Assembly (NCBI GenBank): GCA_963695345.1
Contig: OY968769.1
Span: 1,024,001 to 1,088,000, forward strand
DNA from: an uncultured Methanomassiliicoccales archaeon
GTDB taxonomy: Archaea; Thermoplasmatota; Thermoplasmata; Methanomassiliicoccales; UBA472
DNA: 64,000 bases
Reading direction: 5' to 3'
Below, in pieces: positions 54,507 through 62,389 of the stretch; position 1 is the first letter of the stretch, and every line of letters starts with the position of its first letter. A program made the translations under genes and the position numbers. The notes under the pieces were generated by a model. It made no database searches and was not told where the DNA came from. It worked only from the letters and a program-made list of their open reading frames with translations.

Positions 54507-55127
54507 TCATTCGACCAGCAGTATGCCCGTCCATACTGGGTCGTTCTTCACCGGGAACTCGATCCCCACTCCGGCGTTCTCGGCCGTGAGGATGACGTCG
54601 ATACCCACCGCCTCCATGGATGGCCTGGCCTCGAACGGATGCCGGCATGGTTCACCGGAAGATATCCCGACGCACTCATCGCACAACGAGCATGCCCCTC
54701 CCGAGAGGGCCAGGGCGAAACGATGACCCATCATCATGGCGTCCCGCTCCAGTTTGCTCAATATCCCTTCGAAGGACCGCGTGCTGACGCGCAGCTGCCG
54801 GCGGTAATCCTCGTCGTTGATCACCTCGACCAGGCTGGTAGCGCCTAGCCTGCGCTCCACCGATGCCAGGTCCATGATTATTTTGGCCTGTACCAGGATG
54901 GCGAACTTGAATCTTATCAATGATTTTTCGAACTCCTCCGGTCTCACGCAATTGGGGGGACACATGAGGTTCCTTCCGAAATGAACGCAACGCGGGATCT
55001 GACATTTCAGGCTGACCCGCGGGTCCATCGCCACTTGGCTGATAGGGAGCGGGACGGCCTTCGAAGCCCCATAGCCTTCAGCTTTTGTGCAGAGTTCAGC
55101 AAGATGTTCCTCTATCGTGGTCGACAT
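54507..55127 (-). CDS. DUF2284 metal-binding protein
   Basis: KCQIPRC..CPP, GGACSLCDEC..CRHP..RPSMEAVGIDV. Confidence 0.88.
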   Translation of the reverse strand: MSTTIEEHLAELCTKAEGYGASKAVPLPISQVAMDPRVSLKCQIPRCVHFGRNLMCPPNCVRPEEFEKSLIRFKFAILVQAKIIMDLASVERRLGATSLVEVINDEDYRRQLRVSTRSFEGILSKLERDAMMMGHRFALALSGGACSLCDECVGISSGEPCRHPFEARPSMEAVGIDVILTAENAGVGIEFPVKNDPVWTGILLVE

Positions 55128-55265
55128 GTTCGGATCCCTTTGTCCGTAATGATGTGAGGACAGGGGATATATTAATTATCGAACCAAGACAAAAAACCAT
55201 ACCCAGCAAGGTTCTGTCCAGGACAATTAGTTTTATATGCGGGCTATACTTAACCTGTCCCTAAC

Positions 55266-55366
55266 GGGTCCGTAGCTTAGTCCGGTGGAGCGTCAGGCTC
55301 ATAGGATGCCACTTAGCCATCTAAGAAACCCGATGGTCGTCGGTTCGAATCCGACCGGGCCCACCA
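55266..55366 (+). tRNA. tRNA(CAT) with 24-nt intron (55304-55327); probably tRNA-Ile2, elongator Met not excluded
   Basis: Acceptor GGGTCCG/CGGGCCC-ACCA resembles archaeal Ile2; CT-CAT-A loop; BHB-like intron at 37/38; GTTCGAATC. Confidence 0.88.
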
Positions 55367-55679
55367 TCCCTATCTGGCTCACTCACAAAACCCCAAAAGG
55401 CCAAAAATCTTCTCGAGTCGTATCATCTATGGGGAATTGAGCAAAGAAGGGTTCTTACAAGATGGATGGGAAGTCCTTAGCACTCAATTTTCTCATTTCG
55501 ATGTCGCTTCGAATTATCAATGTCGATTCTATTCCCAGAAAATTGTTCGAAGGATCCGATCCTTCGGCCAGATTTTAATAGCCTTAATCTTCTGCTGTCT
55601 TACAGACGTAGTAGCCAATTGGATTTCAGTCAGAGCTAATTACTATCTCTTAGACCTGTCAGAGCTTTTCCGTGCAATT

Positions 55680-55811
55680 TCATTTCAGCATAGTACCACA
55701 CGAGGGGCATTGAAGATGCCTGTAACTTATGCGGGCTTCGCATTTAGGGCAGCAATTTTTACTAACAGGACTGGACTGGCTGTTTTTCTGGCATTCATCT
55801 GATTCATTCAT
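55680..55811 (-). CDS. 43-aa zinc-ribbon microprotein MNESDECQKNSQSSPVSKNCCPKCEARISYRHLQCPSCGTMLK
   Basis: Manual translation; CPxC-x10-CPxC-x3-LK-stop; paralog at 58221..58382. Confidence 0.7.
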   Translation of the reverse strand: MNESDECQKNSQSSPVSKNCCPKCEARISYRHLQCPSCGTMLK

Positions 55812-56083
55812 ATCAGATTTCTTCTTGCATCAAAATATCAAACGAATCGATCCCTTTGCTTCTGATAAGAGCTATTCGGAACATAATGATATTCGTGAGG
55901 TTTCTAAGTCTTAATCCTTATTGTTGACCATAATTCTTAGCATCTGGCTAAATGACAGTTCTGGCTCAGCCCACCATAAAACCGTTCATTCAGTTAAATT
56001 TTCAAATAAGGTCTTTTTCCAAATAATCATATTGTTAAATAAATTCTCATATTCTTTCATATAGTTCAAACTATATCCATATC

Positions 56084-56653
56084 ATGATGGGTGATATGAT
56101 CGAACAGAAAATGACAAAGAGGCCGAAGGTCGGGAAGGGGACCCACATATCAGAGCATGCTGTAGTCATAGGGAATGTCACGATCGGCGATAACGTGTTC
56201 ATCGCCCCGAATGCAACGATCAGGTGTGATGAGCCAGATTCGGAGATAATCATAGGATCGGGATGCAATATCCAGGACAATGTGGTAATGCACAGTTTGA
56301 CCGGATGCAAGGTCTTGATCGGCTCCGGAACCTCGATCGGTCATGGGAGCATCATCCACGGTCCATGTGAGATAGGCGAAAGATGTTTCATCGGTTTCGG
56401 TTCAGTGGTCTTCAAGAGTGTTCTAGGAGATGATGTGATGGTCATGCATCGATCTTTGGTGGAGGATGCGATCGTGCCCAAGAGAAGCCACGTCCCGTCG
56501 GGGGCGATAGTCAAGGGAATCGTGGGACATTCATTCGCTGAAATATGTTCCGAAATGGAGCGCTTTTCAGACGGGGTGAGAAATATCAACATACAGCTAG
56601 CAATGACATACAATGAAAAGGGCAGCCCATTAGGCAACGAGACTGATGATTAA
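56084..56653 (+). CDS. Gamma carbonic anhydrase family protein (Cam-like)
   Basis: IRCDE, NIQDNVVMH, IGHGSIIHGP. Confidence 0.88.
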   Translation: MMGDMIEQKMTKRPKVGKGTHISEHAVVIGNVTIGDNVFIAPNATIRCDEPDSEIIIGSGCNIQDNVVMHSLTGCKVLIGSGTSIGHGSIIHGPCEIGERCFIGFGSVVFKSVLGDDVMVMHRSLVEDAIVPKRSHVPSGAIVKGIVGHSFAEICSEMERFSDGVRNINIQLAMTYNEKGSPLGNETDD

Positions 56654-56954
56654 TAATCATGAAAGAAGTTCCAGGCCCGTGGACCTTGAGGAGGGCGTCA
56701 GATGGGTTCTTGGTGTGGACCGCCGGATGCTGGTAATGAAGGAAGCCCATACGAATGGGGTCATCCGGGCAACAGAGCTAGCTGAGCTCACCAATAGGTC
56801 TGTGCAGAACATCAGCCATGCCATTCACGAACTGGAAGAGGCTGGCCTAATAGAATGCCTGAATCCGGAGAAGAGCACCTGGAAAAGATATGTCCTTACC
56901 GATCTGGGAAAGAGGGTTTCCGATAGTCTCCGAGATAAACATCTTTTTGATTGA
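56646..56954 (+). CDS. Winged-HTH (ArsR/MarR-like) regulator
   Basis: ATELAELTNRSVQNISHAIHELEEAGLIEC..YVLTDLG. Confidence 0.82.
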   Translation: MINNHERSSRPVDLEEGVRWVLGVDRRMLVMKEAHTNGVIRATELAELTNRSVQNISHAIHELEEAGLIECLNPEKSTWKRYVLTDLGKRVSDSLRDKHLFD

Positions 56955-57199
56955 AGTCAACGCAACTCGACATTTCAATCATATGGATATGTGCGCTGTT
57001 GGGTTGGATACGGAGGCCAAATCAAATCACCCAGGTGAGCTCGTCAATGCCTTCTTTCTCGTTGGATCAAACCCGCCGTCAGGATTCATGAGCCGATGCG
57101 CCATGCACTTGTCCTGCAGTAGATATTCAAGTGCAATGGCATCCCATATGAGAGAATGAAAGTGGCCATCATGATATCGTTATTCATCAAGGCAAGGAG

Positions 57200-57682
57200 A
57201 AGATCCTGGTCCTGGAACAGTTCGCTCAGGAAAGCTATCACTTCTTTTTCGTGCCGGTTGCCGGACGTTCGGTAAAGGATCGGGCACAGTACCCAAGAAA
57301 ATCATATCCAGTAGATTCGGGCCTGCTGTTCTCGGTCGGGGGGATAGAGGACAAGGGGGGACTGCTAGAGTGCGTTGTATTCCTCGAACTGAGAAGAAGG
57401 CTGGGAGCGGAAGAAGAGATCCACTATTGGAGGAATGCCTCCGGAGGCGAGGTGGACTTCATCATATAGAAAGGAACAGAGACCATGGGCGCATACCAGG
57501 TCGCCTACGAGATGAAAGATGCAAAGACCAGGGCCAGAGAGATAAGATCGTTGGACGAATGCCTGGACGAGACCGGATGTGACCGTGGGGTGGTCATCAC
57601 CTGGGGAGAGCACGAGGATATGGTTGAGGTCGACACTCGAGTGAAGGTTGTAAAAGCGGTCGATTGGCTAATGGGTAGATGA
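57200..57682 (+). pseudogene. C-terminal fragment of an AAA+ ATPase/DUF4143 protein with an in-frame TAG at 57467
   Basis: PRKSYPVDSGL, LECVVFLEL, YWR..EVDFII*KGTETMGAYQVAY; no N-terminal ATPase domain. Confidence 0.72.
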
Positions 57683-58220
57683 ACGGTCTATACCTGGATG
57701 AAGAGGCATGACTACTGGAACATGGTTACGACCTCCGCCATGAACTCTACGAAATGCAGCTATTCGGTAAGGATTTGATTTCTTATTGTCTCTCTCCACT
57801 TTGATAGCGCGATCTATCGAGTCCAACACCTGAATCCAATTGTTCTTGGTTGTGATCGATTTGACCAATTCAACGCTCCCAAGTTCGAGGTCGTCATTCT
57901 GGAATAGAGTCACAAAGTTTCCCGGAACGAATCCTTTATTTCATCATCCATCCTCTTTGCGCTTGCCATAAACAATTTTGGAATCGTTGGAAGGCCAGAA
58001 TGTCCATCTATTCGATTTTTCGGCTAAATTACGCTTGTGATAAATTGAATCGTTCTCTGTGTATTTATCACAATCCAGTGCATCTTCAATACACTTAGCG
58101 GCTTCCGCTTCGATCAAAGCATGGTGCTTATCACCAGTATGGGATATGCGCGACCAAAAGGAGAACGGATGAAATAGTTCTTAATCCGCCTTGAAGCACG
58201 CCGCTTGGACCGAGCAATGT

Positions 58221-58382
58221 TCATTTCAGCTTCGTATGGCACGTAGGGCACTGCAAGTAAGTGTAACTGATGTGGCCCCCGCATTTTGGGCATGATTTTT
58301 TCTTAAAAAGGGTGAACTTGACATTCTTCTGGTCTTCGTCTGTTTCAGTCGCATCAGATTTGTTTTCTTGTTCAGATGTCAA
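58221..58382 (-). CDS. 53-aa zinc-ribbon microprotein MTSEQENKSDATETDEDQKNVKFTLFKKKSCPKCGGHISYTYLQCPTCHTKLK
   Basis: Manual translation; TTG start with AGGGGA SD; paralog of 55680..55811. Confidence 0.7.
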   Translation of the reverse strand: MTSEQENKSDATETDEDQKNVKFTLFKKKSCPKCGGHISYTYLQCPTCHTKLK

Positions 58383-58676
58383 ACGGATCTGTCCCCTTCT
58401 AGTGATAATGCGATGTCTAAAAGATAATGATATTCATCCATTAGGAAGTGGACTCCAATGATATACCAATGTCGTTTCGGAGTGACCAGTGTTGAACGGA
58501 ATGGCCCGGATCCACCGAAATAAGAGCTCGGATGAATGCATCGGCGGACGGTTTTTATTGGATATGGGAGTCGGACCGAATGGGATGGACTGAAATTCGC
58601 CACCGGTCCTTCTCGCAGGGTGATGGAAAAGGGTTTTCTGGCGCGTAGCCTCTGGACACGCTAAAAAAGATTAGCC

Positions 58677-59045
58677 CTAGTGGCAATGCTTGGAGCCCTG
58701 ACAGACGTCATCTATCGTGGCTTCCATTAGGCCTTCGGACATGTAGTTCGATACTGCGTCCTTCACCTTACCAGCTGCTCCGACGAAGACCCTGATACCA
58801 TTGTTCTGGAACTCCATTAGCGGTCGCCTTCCGATGCCGCCAATAAGTACGGCCTCGACACCCGCATCTGCCATCTTCCGGACCGGTATCATACAGTTAT
58901 GTTCTCCATCGTTATCGATCGTCCACACGCCCTTGATCTCGCTTCCATCGATCTCGACTGCGGTGAAAAGATCGCAATGCCCGAAATGAGCGGATACTCC
59001 TGCGTCTAACCCTCCGGGACTGTCACTCGGTATTCCAATTTTCAT
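58677..59045 (-). CDS. NifB/NifX-family (Fe-Mo cofactor-binding-like) protein
   Basis: VSAHFGHC, GGIG, GIRVF; SD GGAGG. Confidence 0.88.
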   Translation of the reverse strand: MKIGIPSDSPGGLDAGVSAHFGHCDLFTAVEIDGSEIKGVWTIDNDGEHNCMIPVRKMADAGVEAVLIGGIGRRPLMEFQNNGIRVFVGAAGKVKDAVSNYMSEGLMEATIDDVCQGSKHCH

Positions 59046-59359
59046 TTACGTTTGCCTCCTTGTTTATTTTCCTTATCATCGGGGCTAACACTCGCCCCTA
59101 TCCATACTAGTGATGATTACTTCCTAGTTTGATAATTTCCCTCAATAGGGAGAAATTATTTAATGATATCTAGAATCTCAGCATAAGGCCGGAGCCTTCT
59201 GCGATTCGGTCGATAACCAAATGACAAATAACGTTAACACCAATCAGATGCCGGAGAAATCAGGGTCAGCGTGTCTGGAGGATTGTGACCATTATCCTGG
59301 CCATAACAATTAACATAGGCCATATCGATTCTGTACGTGGAACGTAAGGAGAGAGCAGG

Positions 59360-59827
59360 ATGGAAGGGATTGCAGGGTTGACAAAACTGTTCAGAGAGGA
59401 GATGATCGAATTGAGAGAAGGATCGACGGTGGTTTTCGCCGGATCTAGTGCGGTCTGCGCCCCATTCGCTGAATTGTTGGCTTACTCTATTCGGGACAGA
59501 AAGTTTGACCTCTATTTCTCGCCGATGGCAAACGAAACGGACTGCAGATCATTGGTTTGGAGGGAAGGAACGGGCTACACCATCGATCCCTCGGGGAAAA
59601 GCGTCAAAGATGTTGCCTCAATAGTGGTCCTGGGCGGGCTGGCCATGCCGAAATTCGGATGTGATGTCAATAAAGTGAAGGAATTCATAGATCATACAAC
59701 GAATCAGACGGGGGCGAAAATCGTTGGCGTATGTTTCATGGATATTCTCAGAAGATCGGGCTGGACAACGACCATTCAATTCAACGCGCTCATAAATTCA
59801 ACAATGGACACTGAAAAACAGATCTGA
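59360..59827 (+). CDS. DUF2124 family protein
   Basis: CAPFAELLAYSIR, LGGLAMP, GVCFM..GW. Confidence 0.85.
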   Translation: MEGIAGLTKLFREEMIELREGSTVVFAGSSAVCAPFAELLAYSIRDRKFDLYFSPMANETDCRSLVWREGTGYTIDPSGKSVKDVASIVVLGGLAMPKFGCDVNKVKEFIDHTTNQTGAKIVGVCFMDILRRSGWTTTIQFNALINSTMDTEKQI

Positions 59828-59895
59828 CCGGACCGCAGCATGTGATTGGTCGTACCTACGGCCGAGAACTCTGGTGCAACCCATTCACCCTGATG

Positions 59896-60576
59896 CTAAC
59901 CGCCCAGAACCAAACTGATTCCCACGATCACTGCTCCCACCATCACAAGCATCAAACCAAAAACGGTATTCCTAATGCTGGTGTGTTTGGCCCATGTATA
60001 GCCGACCACAAAGAGGGCTGAAAAAGCAACTATATTGGAAACAACCACGGCGGCATGCGGAGGTTCGATCAACCACAGCGGGATAACCACAACGACCGTT
60101 GCCAACAGCATTGCCAGGAATATCTGGACAGATCCAAATATGTCCTCCCGGACTATGCCGATAGTCCCAGGTTGCCTAGTATAGCGGATATCGCTTGACC
60201 TTCGCTGGGCATGAAGGACGAGACGATAGACCGATTTCTGGTCCTCAACATCAAGGGTTCCTATGATCGATTCCTCTAGTTCCCCTTGGATCGTGGAAAG
60301 CGCCTCTTGCTCATCCTTTGCCGACCTGATCTTTCCGGCAATGAGGAAGTACCTATGTCTTTGGAAGACCACCACGAGCACATAGAGGATGGCGTCGATT
60401 ATGCCCCAGGCAATCCCTGCCCCGAGCGATGCGACCGCCATTAGGTCGATGTCCAAATCGACACCTCCAGTGATCACCCGGATCGCACTGGTTATGGTCA
60501 GAGCGATAACCAGGCCATAGATTATCTCCACCAATCGTTCGTGGGGATAGAGATAGTCGATCGGTCGCCTAATCAT
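59896..60576 (-). CDS. VIT1/CCC1-like membrane protein
   Basis: ERLVEIIYGLVIAL, IAWGIIDA, terminal LGG; about 5 TM helices. Confidence 0.6.
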   Translation of the reverse strand: MIRRPIDYLYPHERLVEIIYGLVIALTITSAIRVITGGVDLDIDLMAVASLGAGIAWGIIDAILYVLVVVFQRHRYFLIAGKIRSAKDEQEALSTIQGELEESIIGTLDVEDQKSVYRLVLHAQRRSSDIRYTRQPGTIGIVREDIFGSVQIFLAMLLATVVVVIPLWLIEPPHAAVVVSNIVAFSALFVVGYTWAKHTSIRNTVFGLMLVMVGAVIVGISLVLGG

Positions 60577-60871
60577 TGATGAATACCACTCCTCAAATCA
60601 AATATTCAGCCATAAGTGTTTCTCATTAAGAACTGCAGGGATGTGGGAATCGGATCTGGTCTGCAAATGCAAATCAATCATCGATCGGTCTGACACCTTT
60701 GTGAGCTCGGTACTACTGTGTTCCCAGTGGATTGATCGATAGTCTAAAACGTGGTTGAGGTTTTTTTACCTATGTTGGTGCGCATCGACTACTCGATGAT
60801 TTGAAGAAAAATAACTTATACTATCAATGAACTCGGTTGTGCAAACAGAAAGAACAACCGAAGGGTTACCC

Positions 60872-61573
60872 ATGAAAGAATTTCTCTCCAGGATTGAGGC
60901 AGCCGCCAAAGAAGCGGGGGCGGCAAAGGTAGGTTTCGCGAACATTTCCGGACTGAAGGGATTGCAGGTCGGTGACGACACGGTGTTTGCGTACAATAGC
61001 GCGGTGACTGTAATGGTCGAGATACCGATCGAGGCAGTGAAGCAGTCGCTTGAATCGCCCAGCGAGGAAATGAGGGCCGCTTACAAGCAGTGCAATATGA
61101 AACTGAAGAAGGCAGAGGAGAAAGTGGTGGAGACACTGAAATCTGCGGGCTATGAGGCGAGATTGATCGATCCTTCAGAGAGGGTCAACAAGGAAATGTT
61201 ATTGGGCGCCATATCCCACAAGGCCGTGGCCAGATTGGCGGGCATGGGTTGGATAGGGAAGAATGGGTTGATTATCACGGAGGACTATGGACCAAGGTTG
61301 AGGATGGGCACCGTTCTGACCAATTTACCCATAGAGAACAATCCCCAACCATTGAAAAATGGTTGCGGGAGCTGCACCGCATGCATAGATAACTGCCCGA
61401 TGAAGGTGTTGAAGGGTCCTACGTTCACAGACCATCCGGAGAGCCGGGAAAGCGTCATCGATTGGGCAAAGTGCGGAAAATACGAGCACACGTTGATCGG
61501 GGATGGTTCCAGACCAGAGAAGGCTTGCGGGCGTTGCATAGCGAAATGCCCCAAATCGGGCCTGGAAGCCTAA
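60872..61573 (+). CDS. Epoxyqueuosine reductase/reductive dehalogenase-like 4Fe-4S protein
   Basis: SHKAVARLAGMGWIGKN, YGPRLR, CGSCTACIDNCP, CGRCIAKCP. Confidence 0.82.
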   Translation: MKEFLSRIEAAAKEAGAAKVGFANISGLKGLQVGDDTVFAYNSAVTVMVEIPIEAVKQSLESPSEEMRAAYKQCNMKLKKAEEKVVETLKSAGYEARLIDPSERVNKEMLLGAISHKAVARLAGMGWIGKNGLIITEDYGPRLRMGTVLTNLPIENNPQPLKNGCGSCTACIDNCPMKVLKGPTFTDHPESRESVIDWAKCGKYEHTLIGDGSRPEKACGRCIAKCPKSGLEA

Positions 61574-61618
61574 GCCCCCTTTCCCTTTCAATCCAATTCT
61601 CAAGGAATAATCATCAGG

Positions 61619-61735
61619 AGCCAGGAGATCCTCGACATAACAGGGATCACCATTTCTGAAAAGGGCGTGCCGTACGCGGGTGCCAGATTCGAGATCAATG
61701 TACCCAACGGATCGTTCAGGGCCCGGGCGGCGTAA
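61619..61735 (+). pseudogene. Relic C-terminus of an archaeal sensor histidine kinase (HATPase_c)
   Basis: Translates SQEILDITGITISEKGVPYAGARFEINVPNGSFRARAA* with no upstream coding sequence. Confidence 0.65.
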
Positions 61736-61840
61736 CCTTTCTTTGAGCCCTCGACATCACCGATCCTTACCCAATCATTGATTATCATTTTAGCGAGCCA
61801 GTTGACATTGTAGATATACCTTTCAGGAGAACTTGGGAGC

Positions 61841-62248
61841 ATGACTATCATGACCTGGTCCGACGCGCTGAGCGTTAACATTAAGGAGATCGACGATCAG
61901 CACAAGAAATTGGTGAACATGATCAACCAGCTCCACGGGGCGATGCTTAAGGGCGAGGGCAAGGTCGTTGTGGGCCCCATCCTCGCCGAGCTGACCACAT
62001 ACACGATCTATCACTTCAAGACCGAGGAGGGGTATATGGAAAAGTTCTCCTACCCAAGCCTGCAGACACACCGGCTCGAACATCAGCGTTTCGTGCAGAA
62101 GGTGGGGGATTTCAAGGCCTCATATGATGATGGGAAGCTCGGCCTTTCCAATGAGGTCATGCATTTCTTGGCGGACTGGCTGAAAGACCATATCCTCGGA
62201 ACGGACAAGAAGTTCGGTCCTTATTTTAACAGCAAAGGGATCTATTAG
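61841..62248 (+). CDS. Bacteriohemerythrin
   Basis: W..IDDQHKKL, HFKTEEGYM, HRLEH, WLKDHILGTD. Confidence 0.95.
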   Translation: MTIMTWSDALSVNIKEIDDQHKKLVNMINQLHGAMLKGEGKVVVGPILAELTTYTIYHFKTEEGYMEKFSYPSLQTHRLEHQRFVQKVGDFKASYDDGKLGLSNEVMHFLADWLKDHILGTDKKFGPYFNSKGIY

Positions 62249-62389
62249 CCGGCAGGCCGCCCTTTTTGTGCGAGTAACGCTCAGTATATGAATTGGAAGT
62301 TCGGCCTCAGACAGCGACCGGGTCAGCCCCTCTGAGGATTTTTATATATCCAACAGCCGTTGCCTCCCCGCAATTCTGGTGAGACCAAC

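Noticed and set aside
55969-55977. gcccaccat matching the tRNA 3' end as a possible attR site
   Set aside because: Only 9 nt and no integrase nearby; expected by chance.
61773-61792. Fur-box-like TGATTATCATT upstream of hemerythrin
   Set aside because: Only a partial match in AT-rich promoter sequence, and no Fur gene in the window.
31-62248. TAG-terminated genes (eif2g, porC, EamA, permeases, hemerythrin) as pyrrolysine readthrough
   Set aside because: The proteins appear complete at the TAG, so these look like ordinary stops.
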